From NCBI GenBank assembly GCA_964606485.1, contig CAZSGP010000004.1, forward strand, positions 92,365 through 156,364: a DNA stretch of 64,000 nucleotides, given 5' to 3'. Under the pieces are notes generated by a model. That model saw nothing but the letters and a program-made list of their open reading frames with translations. It was not told the DNA's origin and made no database searches. This stretch comes from an uncultured Planctomycetia bacterium. GTDB taxonomy: Bacteria; Omnitrophota; Gorgyraeia; 2-02-FULL-51-18. The stretch's first letter is position 1, and each line of letters begins with the position of its first letter. Positions 8,403 to 18,184 of this stretch are shown piece by piece. The translations under genes were made by a program, and so were the position numbers.

Positions 8403-9502
8403 AAAAACGCTCCCGAAGAACCCGCAGATTTAAAGTGAGCATCTCTCCACCGGAGCAGAGGCTGCTCAATAAGCCACGCCGAGCATTTTCCCATGCCTAA
8501 GCTTCCGAGCATATACAAAATAAATTCCGCTCCCGGTGAGAGGGTTTCAAAACCCGGAATTTTTTGAATCATTAATATTCCGAACAATTTAAAAAATAGA
8601 TGCCAAATATAGATGGAGTATGAGTCCTCGCCGATTCTTGCTATCATTTGAGCGGCTTTCCCTTCCGGGCTTTTGCCGTGTACGAAAATCATTAGCAGTA
8701 TCCCAAAACCCAGATACAGCAGCGTAAGTCCAATGGTGAGCATCCAGCGGTTTTCCACCGGGAAAATGAGCGCCGGCGCAATAAGGCCGCAAGCCGCGAG
8801 GAGCCAACCCAAACGAAATGCTCTCATCCATCTTTCGAGTGTAGCGCCGTGATAATGGTAAAGGTAGGACAGAAATACTCCGAAAAAAAGCCCATCCAGG
8901 CGCATATGCGTCTGGAGCAGCGCCGGTGATGGGAGCCAGTTTTGCACGGGTGGCGGTGAAAAAAATCTAAAAATGAAGCAGGCGATGGCCAAGAACCCAA
9001 ACACAAATGGAATGCGGTTCATCTTTCCTCGGCTTCCAAACCACAAAATTAAAAGCCCAAGTCCCAGATAAAAATGTTCCTCTACCGCAAGTGACCAGGT
9101 GTGATCCCACAGACAAAACGTTGTGTAATTTTGAATAAAAAGTGCGTCCGATAAAATGTGTTTGAGCGACACTTCAAATCCAAATACCCAATAAAAAAAC
9201 GTTGAAACTCCGATCAGCGCGTAATAAGACGGGTATATCTTAAGACCTCGGCGAATAAAAAAACGAGTGAGGTTGATTTTCCCGTAGCGGATGGATTCTT
9301 TAAAAAGGAGCCCTGAGACCAAAAATCCGCTGAGAACAAAAAATAGATCAACCCCGATCCAGCCGGATTTCTGCCAGAGCGCTAAACACGAGCCTGCCCA
9401 TCCGGATGTTTTAAGAATCGCTTCGGGTAAATGACGCCCCAGCACTAAAAAAATTGCGGCGGCCCTTAAGAGATCAAGCTGCCGAACCCGCGTGTTAGGC
9501 AT
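8399..9502 (-). CDS. Acyltransferase family 3 (OafA-like) integral membrane O-acyltransferase
   Basis: MPNTRVRQLDLLRAAAIFLVLGRHL is the canonical AT3 N-terminus and the protein has multiple TM helices. The start is placed at the ATG at 9502, because the longer ORF overlaps rsmI. Confidence 0.8.
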   Translation of the reverse strand: MPNTRVRQLDLLRAAAIFLVLGRHLPEAILKTSGWAGSCLALWQKSGWIGVDLFFVLSGFLVSGLLFKESIRYGKINLTRFFIRRGLKIYPSYYALIGVSTFFYWVFGFEVSLKHILSDALFIQNYTTFCLWDHTWSLAVEEHFYLGLGLLILWFGSRGKMNRIPFVFGFLAIACFIFRFFSPPPVQNWLPSPALLQTHMRLDGLFFGVFLSYLYHYHGATLERWMRAFRLGWLLAACGLIAPALIFPVENRWMLTIGLTLLYLGFGILLMIFVHGKSPEGKAAQMIARIGEDSYSIYIWHLFFKLFGILMIQKIPGFETLSPGAEFILYMLGSLGMGKCSAWLIEQPLLRWRDAHFKSAGSSGAFL

Positions 9503-10178
9503 GAGATAGGTGGAATAAAACGACGAATTCGCCGCGTACTTTTTGCTCGGAGAAGCGCTTGAGCGCAGCACTGACTTTGCAGCGCACGACTTCTTCAAAT
9601 TTTTTGGTGAGCTCTCGCGCAACCACAATATCGATATCTCCGAGTACGGTCTGAATGTCCGCCAGTGTTTTTAAAATGCGGTGGGGAGATTCATAAAAAA
9701 CAATGGTGCGCTCTTCGTTTGCAATGGATTTTAATTTATTTTGCCGCTGGCCCGACTTGACCGGAAAGAATCCCTCAAAACAAAACCGGTCGGTCGGAAG
9801 CCCAGACAACACGAGCGCCGTGATAATAGCCGACGGCCCCGGCATGGCTTCGATGGGAATGCCTTCATTTAAAGCGCCTTGAATGAGTTTAAACCCTGGG
9901 TCGGCGATTCCAGGCGTGCCGGCGTCGGAGATGAGTGCAATATTTTGCCCATTCATGAGCTTTTGAATCATTTCCGGCACACGGCGCTTTTCATTGAAAT
10001 TAAAAAAACTCACCAAGGGTTTTTGAATGCCGTAATGATCGAGTAGAATTTTAGAGTGGCGCGTGTCTTCGCAGGCTATCAAGTCTACTTTCTTAAGCGT
10101 CTCGACCGCACGAACCGTCATGTCGCCCAGATTCCCAATGGGGGTCGCAACAATAAAAAGCTTTCCCTGATTATTCAA
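9495..10178 (-). CDS. rsmI: 16S rRNA (cytidine1402-2'-O)-methyltransferase
   Basis: Tetrapyrrole-methylase fold with LFIVATPIGNLGDMTVRAVETLKKVDLIACEDTRHS. Confidence 0.9.
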   Translation of the reverse strand: MNNQGKLFIVATPIGNLGDMTVRAVETLKKVDLIACEDTRHSKILLDHYGIQKPLVSFFNFNEKRRVPEMIQKLMNGQNIALISDAGTPGIADPGFKLIQGALNEGIPIEAMPGPSAIITALVLSGLPTDRFCFEGFFPVKSGQRQNKLKSIANEERTIVFYESPHRILKTLADIQTVLGDIDIVVARELTKKFEEVVRCKVSAALKRFSEQKVRGEFVVLFHLSHA

Positions 10179-12075
10179 CGGTGACGGACTTGGCTAAGTT
10201 GCGCGGCTGGTCAATGTCTTCGCCAAACTCCCGCGCGATACAGTAAGCGATGAGCTGAAGCGGCACGACAGTAAGAAAGGGAGAAAAAAGTTCTTCGACT
10301 TTCGGAATTTCAATCACGTAAGAGGGGCTGATCTTTTGAATTTCGGTATCCCCTTCGGTCACAATGGGGACGATAATTCCATTACGCGCCTTGATTTCTT
10401 GAATATTCGAAATCATTTTGTCGTAGGTCTTGGATTCCGGGCAAATACAGATCACCCACGGGTTTTCGTCGATGAGCGCAATCGGCCCGTGTTTCATTTC
10501 ACCCGCCGGATAACCTTCGGCTGGAATGTAGGACAATTCTTTTAATTTAAGCGCTCCTTCGAGCGCATTGGGCGTATTGATGTTGCGGCCCAAGTATAAA
10601 AAGAAACTATTCGGCGCGCGTTTTCGTTTTTCCGGTGCCAGAGAAAAATATTTCTCAAGACTCTGATGATAACGCTCGTTGAACTCCCGCGCGTTTTTAG
10701 CCCATTCGGCTTCACCGGCTTTGTAGTTGTTTAAAAATTTTTGCACAAGGCGCGGAACCCTTAAAAATTCTTTGAGCATTTTTTGAATTTCTTTGGGTGT
10801 CTGCGATTTTAAAATTCCGGCGAGATACAGTGAAAAAAGATACAAAATGGCAAGTTGCGCGGTGTAGGCTTTGGTTGAGGCAACAGCAATTTCAGGACCC
10901 GCGTGTGTGTAAATCACGCCTTGCGCTTCGCGGGCAAGCGAACTGCCGAGCACATTGCAAATCGTCATCGTGAGAGCGCCCTTGGACTTCGCTTCACGAA
11001 TACCAGCGAGCGTGTCAGCCGTCTCCCCACTCTGAGAAATGGAAATCACAAGCGTATCTTTAGAAATATTGGGACTGCGGTAGCGAAACTCGCTAGACGT
11101 ATCGACCCACACTGGAAGTGGCGTGAGTTTTTCGAGAACGTACTTGGCGGTCAACCCCGCATGAAACGACGTGCCGCAGGCAATAATGACAATTCGTTTA
11201 ATTTTTTTAAACGCCGCGTCTTTAATTTTTAATTCTTCGAACGAAACTTTCGAGCCCTTCACGCGCTCCTGGAGAATTGCGCTCAAAATATCGGGCTGCT
11301 CGAAAATTTCTTTGAGCATGAAATGCGGAAAGCCGCCCTTTTTGGCGAGTGCCGCGTCCCAATTAATTTTTGTCGTCACACAGGGAACACTTTTTCCAGC
11401 TAAGTCCGTAAGGCGCACCTCGTTTTCGGTGAGCGTAATCACCTGGGCATTTTCAATAAACACCGCATTCTTCGTGTGTTCTAAAAAAGCGGAAACGTCG
11501 CTCGCTAGAAAATTTTCATTCTTACCAAGCCCTATGACAAGCGGGCTGTCCATCTTGGCGGCCACAATTTTTCCCGGTTCCTGCGAGCAGATCACCGCAA
11601 TCGCGTAGCTTCCTTTTAAATCCTTCAGCGCGCGGCGAACGGCATTTTCGAGATTTCCTTTATAGTATTTTGAAATGAGGTGAACAATGACTTCGGTATC
11701 GGTTTGCGAACGAAACCGGATCCCTTCCTCTTCAAGCGTTTTCTTTAAATCAAAAAAGTTTTCAATGATTCCATTATGCACCACCGCAATTTGATCTTGT
11801 TTGTCCAGGTGCGGGTGCGCATTTTCAGGGGTGGGCGCGCCGTGAGTCGCCCAGCGCGTGTGACCAATAGCCACGTGGCCGGACAGCGGCCGCTTCTTTA
11901 GAAGCTCTTCAAGATTTTTAATTTTGCCATGCGTTTTTTCGATGGCAATGGCGTGATGGCCGTTCTGCACCGCGACGCCCGAGGAATCATACCCCCGATA
12001 CTCGAGTTGCTTAAGGCCTTGAATGACCAGATCCGGCGCTTTTTTAGGGCCGGTATAACCAAAAATGCCGCACAT
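10171..12075 (-). CDS. glmS: Glutamine--fructose-6-phosphate aminotransferase
   Basis: The MCGIFGY N-terminal nucleophile is followed by two SIS domains; 634 aa. Confidence 0.95.
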   Translation of the reverse strand: MCGIFGYTGPKKAPDLVIQGLKQLEYRGYDSSGVAVQNGHHAIAIEKTHGKIKNLEELLKKRPLSGHVAIGHTRWATHGAPTPENAHPHLDKQDQIAVVHNGIIENFFDLKKTLEEEGIRFRSQTDTEVIVHLISKYYKGNLENAVRRALKDLKGSYAIAVICSQEPGKIVAAKMDSPLVIGLGKNENFLASDVSAFLEHTKNAVFIENAQVITLTENEVRLTDLAGKSVPCVTTKINWDAALAKKGGFPHFMLKEIFEQPDILSAILQERVKGSKVSFEELKIKDAAFKKIKRIVIIACGTSFHAGLTAKYVLEKLTPLPVWVDTSSEFRYRSPNISKDTLVISISQSGETADTLAGIREAKSKGALTMTICNVLGSSLAREAQGVIYTHAGPEIAVASTKAYTAQLAILYLFSLYLAGILKSQTPKEIQKMLKEFLRVPRLVQKFLNNYKAGEAEWAKNAREFNERYHQSLEKYFSLAPEKRKRAPNSFFLYLGRNINTPNALEGALKLKELSYIPAEGYPAGEMKHGPIALIDENPWVICICPESKTYDKMISNIQEIKARNGIIVPIVTEGDTEIQKISPSYVIEIPKVEELFSPFLTVVPLQLIAYCIAREFGEDIDQPRNLAKSVTVE

Positions 12076-12139
12076 AGACTGGGTATTTTACCTCAAAACA
12101 AACACCGGCATCCATGGTAAACTATGCCCCAAAACTTCT

Positions 12140-13210
12140 ATGAAAAAGACGATTCTCTTAAATCCAGGCCCCGTCAATGTCACCCCCAGTGTGCGCCGCG
12201 CCCTTCTCAAGCCCGATATTTGCCACCGGGAACATGAGTTTTCCACACTTTTACAGTCTATCCGGACGCGGCTTCTCAAAATTTTCTCAGTGGAGCGCTC
12301 GCATACGGTTGCTTTTTTTTCGGGGTCCGGCACCACAGCGCTCGAAGCGATGCTCTGCGCCTCTGCCGCTGAAGGTAAAAAAGTACTGGTTCTCTCCAAT
12401 GGAGTTTATGGGGAACGCATCCAAAAAACGCTTCAAATTCACGAAATCTCGTCGATTGTACTAGATTCACCCATCGGGGAATTTCCAAATCTTCATTTGA
12501 TTGAAGAAACGCTTAAAAAAAATCCTGCCATTGAGTCGGTAGCGCTCGTGCATCACGAAACATCAAGCGGCATGCTCAACCCTCTAAAAGAAGTTTCGGC
12601 TCTTGCTAAAAAATACGGCAAGCTCGTTTTTGTAGACGCCATTAGCTCACTTGGCGCAGAAACCATCCATTTTAAAAATATCGATTACTTGGCGGGAACC
12701 TCGGGAAAATGCCTGCACGGCTTTCCAGGCGTTTCATTCGTCTTTATCGAAAAAAAGGCGCTCCCGAGACTGAAGAGCCTAAAAGTTCGCTCGCTGTCCT
12801 TCGATCTCTGGAATGCGTTAGAGCATCAATTGCAAAATGACACGCCGTTTACGCCGGTCGTTCAAATTTTTTACGCGTTCGATCAAGCACTCAAAGAACT
12901 CGAAAAGGAAACGTTGAGCCGGCGCATCCGCCGCTACGAAGAAAAAGCGACGCTTCTCGAAAAAGGTTTTGAAGAAATGGGGATTCAATTTTTAATTTCC
13001 AAAAAAAATCGCTCCCACGTGCTCACTGCTCTTTGGACACCGGCGTCCGTGTCCTACGCCACCCTGCACGATACGCTCAAGAAAAAAGGGTTTGTGATTT
13101 ACGCTGGCCAATCCTCGCTCAAAGGTAAAATTTTCCGTGTCGCGAATCTCGGTGATGTTTCTATCCAGGACTTAAGACGCTTTCTTGCTGCCTTCAAAAA
13201 AAGTTTATGA
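12140..13210 (+). CDS. Class V aminotransferase, 2-aminoethylphosphonate:pyruvate transaminase (PhnW)-like
   Basis: The ATG at 12140 gives MKKTILLNPGPVNV. The segments SNGVYGER, HHETSSGMLNP, VDAISSLGA, GKCLHGFPGVSFV and FRVANLGDV track the PhnW/AGXT-family conserved blocks. Confidence 0.65.
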   Translation: MKKTILLNPGPVNVTPSVRRALLKPDICHREHEFSTLLQSIRTRLLKIFSVERSHTVAFFSGSGTTALEAMLCASAAEGKKVLVLSNGVYGERIQKTLQIHEISSIVLDSPIGEFPNLHLIEETLKKNPAIESVALVHHETSSGMLNPLKEVSALAKKYGKLVFVDAISSLGAETIHFKNIDYLAGTSGKCLHGFPGVSFVFIEKKALPRLKSLKVRSLSFDLWNALEHQLQNDTPFTPVVQIFYAFDQALKELEKETLSRRIRRYEEKATLLEKGFEEMGIQFLISKKNRSHVLTALWTPASVSYATLHDTLKKKGFVIYAGQSSLKGKIFRVANLGDVSIQDLRRFLAAFKKSL

Positions 13211-13890
13211 GCGCACCGTCCGTCATTCCGCCGAGTGAGAGTTTTAAATTAAACCGTTTTTTGGCTGAGCCTTTTACGCGGCTTCTTCTAAAAACACCAC
13301 TAACGCCCAATCAAGTCACAATCCTGAGTCTAGCGTTTGGCGTCCTAAGCGGCTGGTTCATTTCATTTGGTAGCTTCATTGGTTTTGTCAGCGGAGCACT
13401 TGCATTTCAAATGGCAGCGGTGCTCGACAATTGCGACGGCAATATCGCCCGCGCAAAGAATATGCGGAGTGAGTTTGGCGGCTGGCTTGACGTGTTTTGT
13501 GACGTGCTCGTCGACATCGCCTTCTTTGTGGGTTTAACAGCCGGCGTCAAAGCGGCCGGGTTTCACGGTCCCATTTGGATAGCGGGATCGCTCTGCGTGG
13601 CCGGAAGTCTGATGAATTTTTGGGTGGTCGTCACCGAAAAATTAAAAGGGTTTGGTCCGGCCGTGTTCAATCAGTCTAACCCCAAGGAAGCTAAGCGCAG
13701 AAACTGGCTCTACAAAACTGCTGATGCCCTCCGCGAAGGCGATTCCTCCTGGTTTATCCTACTCTTTGCTCTTTTTTCAAAAATGGACTGGTTGTTGTGG
13801 AGCTCAGCGGTGTACATGCAGATTATTTGGCTGAGTTCTCTCATCATGAATTTCAAATACATTTTTCTTTCACCCAATGAAAATCGTTAA
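13207..13890 (+). CDS. CDP-alcohol phosphatidyltransferase family membrane protein
   Basis: The signature D-G-x2-A-R-x8-G-x3-D-x3-D is present as DNCDGNIARAKNMRSEFGGWLDVFCDVLVD. Confidence 0.75.
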   Translation: MSAPSVIPPSESFKLNRFLAEPFTRLLLKTPLTPNQVTILSLAFGVLSGWFISFGSFIGFVSGALAFQMAAVLDNCDGNIARAKNMRSEFGGWLDVFCDVLVDIAFFVGLTAGVKAAGFHGPIWIAGSLCVAGSLMNFWVVVTEKLKGFGPAVFNQSNPKEAKRRNWLYKTADALREGDSSWFILLFALFSKMDWLLWSSAVYMQIIWLSSLIMNFKYIFLSPNENR

Positions 13891-14866
13891 ATTTCTTCTC
13901 CTCGGACTCGGATTTTGGCTTCTTTATTTTACGATTCAAAAGGTCGGCTTTGGAAATATTGAAGGCTATCTGCGCCAAATGGGCTGGAGCGCACTCCCCA
14001 TTCTCATTATTTATCCGCTGATATTCTTTTTCGACACACTCGGCTGGCTTTACGCATTTCCCAAAAGCCTCCCCAAACACATTCCGTTTCTGGATCTTTA
14101 TTTTATTCGCATCATCGGTGAGACGATGAACTGCATCATCCCCTGGGCCGCGTCACTGGGAGGCGAGCCACTCAAAGTTCAGCTTTTAAAATCGCGTCAC
14201 GGCATATCCCTCGCCGAAGGCTACGCCTCGATTCTGATTGTTCACACCACGTTTTGGATTTCACTCAACTGTTTTGTGATTGGCGCCATCGTCTTTACGC
14301 TCAAATCGCTTCCGCTCACTCCCATTCTGTGGCACAGCGTCCTCATTTTTCTAGTGGTGCTGGGCGTAGTCGCAGCCCTACTCGTCGCGGGCCTTCACTG
14401 GGGAATTTTTGAAAGATTTCATTCGATCGGTGAAGCGTTTAAGTGGTGGGGGGAACATTCACACGAGAAAAAACAAAAATTTATCTCTCTCGATCGTGAC
14501 ATTAAAACATTTTACACCGAAAATAAATCGCGTTTTTTTCTTTCCAGTTTCTTTAACCTGCTGGGCTGGCTCATGGGAATGTTTGAAGTGTATTTTATTG
14601 GCCGCGCCCTCGGCCTGCCGATCGGAATTACCGAAGCGTGGCTTTTAGAAGCGCTGATTCAGGTTTTGCGCATCGTGACTTTTTTTATCCCCTCTTCGAT
14701 TGGAACCCAAGAAGGCGGAATCGTTCTTATCTTTTCTCAATTTGGATTCGCCGGGCCTGCGAGCCTTGCGTTTGCAATTGTGCGGAGAATCCGCGAAATG
14801 ATTTGGATTGGGTTTGGGCTCGTACTCTGGTCGCTTTTAAGCGATCGCTCAAAAACTACTTCGTAA
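13877..14866 (+). CDS. Flippase-like / lysylphosphatidylglycerol-synthase transmembrane-region family protein
   Basis: An ~8-TM protein of 329 aa, translationally coupled to the CDP-alcohol transferase; architecture typical of the UPF0104/TIGR00374 family. Confidence 0.55.
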   Translation: MKIVKFLLLGLGFWLLYFTIQKVGFGNIEGYLRQMGWSALPILIIYPLIFFFDTLGWLYAFPKSLPKHIPFLDLYFIRIIGETMNCIIPWAASLGGEPLKVQLLKSRHGISLAEGYASILIVHTTFWISLNCFVIGAIVFTLKSLPLTPILWHSVLIFLVVLGVVAALLVAGLHWGIFERFHSIGEAFKWWGEHSHEKKQKFISLDRDIKTFYTENKSRFFLSSFFNLLGWLMGMFEVYFIGRALGLPIGITEAWLLEALIQVLRIVTFFIPSSIGTQEGGIVLIFSQFGFAGPASLAFAIVRRIREMIWIGFGLVLWSLLSDRSKTTS

Positions 14867-16175
14867 AATCCCGCTCGTCGACTAAACGCGCGAGTTTCCG
14901 CTGGGTTCGAAGCGCGCCTCGTGCATGCGGAATAAAATCAATTTTACAAAATTTCATTTGATAAATATTCCACGCATCCGGCAATTCCTTTTTAAGACTC
15001 TTGAAAAAGGCTTCCGAAATTTGTCCGGGATCCCCCACAGCATCCGAGTGCTCCGCGTGGAATTCGATTAAATCCTTCCGGTCTTGTTGCTTGAGCACAA
15101 TTTGCCAGTCCGGTCCAAGCCCTGCGACACCGGAAAACACGGGTTCAAACATCCACGGCGCGATATTCCCAATCGCCGTCGGCACCCATTCATTCATTCG
15201 ACCCTTTAATTTTTCGATGCGGCGACCCGGAAGCCCACTCTTAGAAGGCGTATTGAGAAAGCGTGTCACGTCTCCTGAGCGGTAGCGCACAAGCGGCATC
15301 ACGCGGCGGTTTAAATTCGTGTACACAAGTTCGCCGTAACCTTGCGGATCGGGATTTAAAATTTCAAAAAAATTATGAAATTGATTGAGTTGGTAGCCAT
15401 CCTGCGCCAAATTTTCCATGCCGAGCGCGCCAAAGCCTTCGGTTTGCCCGTAACTTAAAAGAAACTGCGCTTTCCAAATTTTTTCGATGTATCGGCGCGT
15501 GGACTCTGCCATATTTTCGCCGCCGCCAATTAAAAGTTTTACCGGCCAAGCTCCATGCTTTTCGGCCACTTCGCTTAAACCTAGAATCCAGGAAGGGTCG
15601 CCAACAATCACCGTAATTTTATAATCTTTTAAGCGCTCATAAAAATCAGCCGGCGGAATACGCCCGGCTTCGACGTGAAAACAGCCCATCACTTTGCAAC
15701 TTGCTGAAAGCACGGGCCCTGAAACCCAAAACGAATAATCAAACGCACTGGCCACCCGGTCAGTGGGACGAACACCCACTCCCCAGAGACCCACCGCACC
15801 CGCCCAACCCGCCTCCTCAACTTCGTTTCGTGAAAAATAAACGCGCTTGGGCCGCTTGGACGTGGTCCCCGTCGTTTCGTAAGCAGTGTCCGCTTTGAGA
15901 CAAATAAATTCTTCCGGATTTTGACGAAGATCTTCAGCGGTCGTAAAAAAATCTTTTAGATCCTGCGGTGCTTTAACGGTAGAAGCGTCGATATTCAACT
16001 CTTTGAACCGCCTCTTATAAAACGGGGAGTGCTCCGCTACAAATTGAACCGTCTTTCTAAAATTATCTTCTTCGAGACGATGAAGTATTCCGTGGGGAAC
16101 ATTTTTATAAAGCCAAAATCCCCGCTCGGCAGGATTGCCGGCAGGGATTTTGTTAATAAGAGAAACGAGTGACAC
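14856..16175 (-). CDS. Adenylate-forming enzyme, phenylacetate-CoA ligase / coenzyme F390 synthetase-like (acyl-CoA or acyl-ACP ligase)
   Basis: An ANL P-loop variant TTGTTSKRPKRVYFS and a YGQTEGFG motif are present. It is the last gene of the FAS/PKS-like operon. Confidence 0.7.
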   Translation of the reverse strand: MSLVSLINKIPAGNPAERGFWLYKNVPHGILHRLEEDNFRKTVQFVAEHSPFYKRRFKELNIDASTVKAPQDLKDFFTTAEDLRQNPEEFICLKADTAYETTGTTSKRPKRVYFSRNEVEEAGWAGAVGLWGVGVRPTDRVASAFDYSFWVSGPVLSASCKVMGCFHVEAGRIPPADFYERLKDYKITVIVGDPSWILGLSEVAEKHGAWPVKLLIGGGENMAESTRRYIEKIWKAQFLLSYGQTEGFGALGMENLAQDGYQLNQFHNFFEILNPDPQGYGELVYTNLNRRVMPLVRYRSGDVTRFLNTPSKSGLPGRRIEKLKGRMNEWVPTAIGNIAPWMFEPVFSGVAGLGPDWQIVLKQQDRKDLIEFHAEHSDAVGDPGQISEAFFKSLKKELPDAWNIYQMKFCKIDFIPHARGALRTQRKLARLVDERDFTK

Positions 16176-17549
16176 TTATTTGGCGCACTTTTTAATCAAG
16201 AGATCAAACATCTCGCAAGCCAAATCCATCTCGGCTTCGGAGATATCAAACGCCGGCGCGATGGTGAACACGTTTTTGTAATAACCACCCACGTCGAGCA
16301 CCAAACCCATCTTGCCCTTGGAGGTTTGAATGCCTTGCATGCCCGCATGGAAAATGCGGTCTGTCATCTCGCGGTCCGGCGTGTAACCGTCCACCGGCGA
16401 GACAATTTCCATGCGAAGGGCCATGCCCATGCCATCGACATCGCCGATAATTTTCGGATGCTTCTTCTGCAAGTCTTTCAACTTACCTAAGAATATTTTC
16501 CCTTTTTTCTCAATGCCGCCTTGGAAATCGGTTTCCTCGGTCATTTTCATGAGCTCCAAACCCACGGCCGTGCCGAGTGTGTTGGACGAAAATGTCGAAT
16601 GCGTCGAACCCGCACCCCAAACTTTCGGGTTGATTAGCTCTTCCTTGGCCCAAATACCCGAAAGCGGGTTCAAACCATTGGTCAGCGCTTTGCCGAACAC
16701 GATGATGTCGGGCTTCACACCGAAATTGGCCATTGACCAAAGAGGCCCTGCGCGATGAAAGCCCATTTGGATTTCGTCATCCACCAAAAGCACTTTGTGT
16801 TTTTCGAGGATTTTCTTGATCGCTGGAAAATAATTTTTCGGCGGAATCACATACCCGCCGGTGCCTTGAATCGATTCGGCATAAAATGCGCCAAATTCCG
16901 ACTCACCCGCTTTAAAATCCCAGACACCGTTGTATTCGGTTTCAAATAATTTTTCAAACTGGTCCACGCAGTACATGCCACAATCCTCCGGCTTTTTGCC
17001 GTAGGGGCAGCGGTAGCAGTAAGGATACGGCACAAAATGCGCACGGTCCGAAAAGTGCCCAAAGCGCCTGCGGTACCGGTAGCTCGACGTAATCGCCGAA
17101 GCGCCCAGCGTTCTGCCGTGATAGCCGCCCATGAACGCGAACACTAAATTTTTCTTGGTGTGTTGGCGCACGATCTTCAGTGAGTCTTCCACTGCCTGCG
17201 CACCACCCACGTTAAAATGCACGCGGCCTTTTTCACCGAATAGTTTTTCTACCGAAAGCGCGATTTTTTCCGATAGTAGCACTTTTTCTTCGTGCAAATA
17301 CTGGCAAGCCAGCTGTGGCAATTTATCGATTTGCTTTTTTAGCGCCTCGCCTAAGCGTTTGTTGTTGTAGCCGAAGCTTGCGGCCGAATACCACATCTGA
17401 AGGTCGAGAAATTTATTGCCCTCACGATCGTAAAGATAGCTACCTTCACAGCGGTCAAAAAATTTCGGAGGTTCGAGGTAGTGCACGGTATCGCCGTACG
17501 AACAATATTTGGCTTCTTTCTCAAGAAGTTCTTTTTCAGAAAAGCTCAT
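16176..17549 (-). CDS. Class III (PLP fold type I) aminotransferase
   Basis: 457 aa, with the PLP-lysine context IVFGKALTNG and the conserved DDEIQMGF block. Confidence 0.75.
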   Translation of the reverse strand: MSFSEKELLEKEAKYCSYGDTVHYLEPPKFFDRCEGSYLYDREGNKFLDLQMWYSAASFGYNNKRLGEALKKQIDKLPQLACQYLHEEKVLLSEKIALSVEKLFGEKGRVHFNVGGAQAVEDSLKIVRQHTKKNLVFAFMGGYHGRTLGASAITSSYRYRRRFGHFSDRAHFVPYPYCYRCPYGKKPEDCGMYCVDQFEKLFETEYNGVWDFKAGESEFGAFYAESIQGTGGYVIPPKNYFPAIKKILEKHKVLLVDDEIQMGFHRAGPLWSMANFGVKPDIIVFGKALTNGLNPLSGIWAKEELINPKVWGAGSTHSTFSSNTLGTAVGLELMKMTEETDFQGGIEKKGKIFLGKLKDLQKKHPKIIGDVDGMGMALRMEIVSPVDGYTPDREMTDRIFHAGMQGIQTSKGKMGLVLDVGGYYKNVFTIAPAFDISEAEMDLACEMFDLLIKKCAK

Positions 17550-18184
17550 GAATTCTCCTTATTGGCGCTTAACCACTTTGTAATTTCTTTAAACGTTGAA
17601 TATTCTAAATGTTCGATTTTATTTTCCTGACAATACTTCAGTAGTTTCTTTTTCGCAAAAACAATATCCGCCGTGTGCGCGGCAAAGCGGTCCGAGAGTC
17701 CGTCGCCGATAAATACAGTCGTGTGCCCTGATTTTCGATGCTTCTCGATCACATCGACCTTGCAATTTGCACACCCATGTTTGCAGGGCGTCTTTTTATA
17801 AAAGGATATTTTGGGGCCTTGCGGAGTAAACAAAATGCTATTGGAGTAGATCGGCATAGTTTGGCCCATCACGCGCTGAATCACAAAATCAAGGCCGTCA
17901 CTGACAATGCTCGCCGGAATATGATGCTCTTCTATGACATTTAAAAAATCTTCAAATCCCGGATCAATCCGAACTTCCGTTAACATCTTCGCGAGCGACG
18001 CCTTATCCGCTTTCACAAGTTCAAATTGCCGCGTGAGGCATTCCCGCGAACCAATTTTCCCGCTCGCCCATTCTTCTTCGATGGTTTTCCACGAGGGGTC
18101 CGCAAATCTTTCTAAAATCATATCGATCACATCGTTTTGTGTGACCGTGCCGTCAAAGTCGATAAAAAATTGAATTTTTTCCAT
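17546..18184 (-). CDS. HAD-superfamily phosphatase, MtnX-like
   Basis: HAD motif I FIDFDGTVTQND; a Cys cluster CKHGCANCK; a C-terminal IGDGLSDRFAAHTADIVFAKKKLL block paralleling Bacillus MtnX. Confidence 0.65.
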   Translation of the reverse strand: MEKIQFFIDFDGTVTQNDVIDMILERFADPSWKTIEEEWASGKIGSRECLTRQFELVKADKASLAKMLTEVRIDPGFEDFLNVIEEHHIPASIVSDGLDFVIQRVMGQTMPIYSNSILFTPQGPKISFYKKTPCKHGCANCKVDVIEKHRKSGHTTVFIGDGLSDRFAAHTADIVFAKKKLLKYCQENKIEHLEYSTFKEITKWLSANKENS

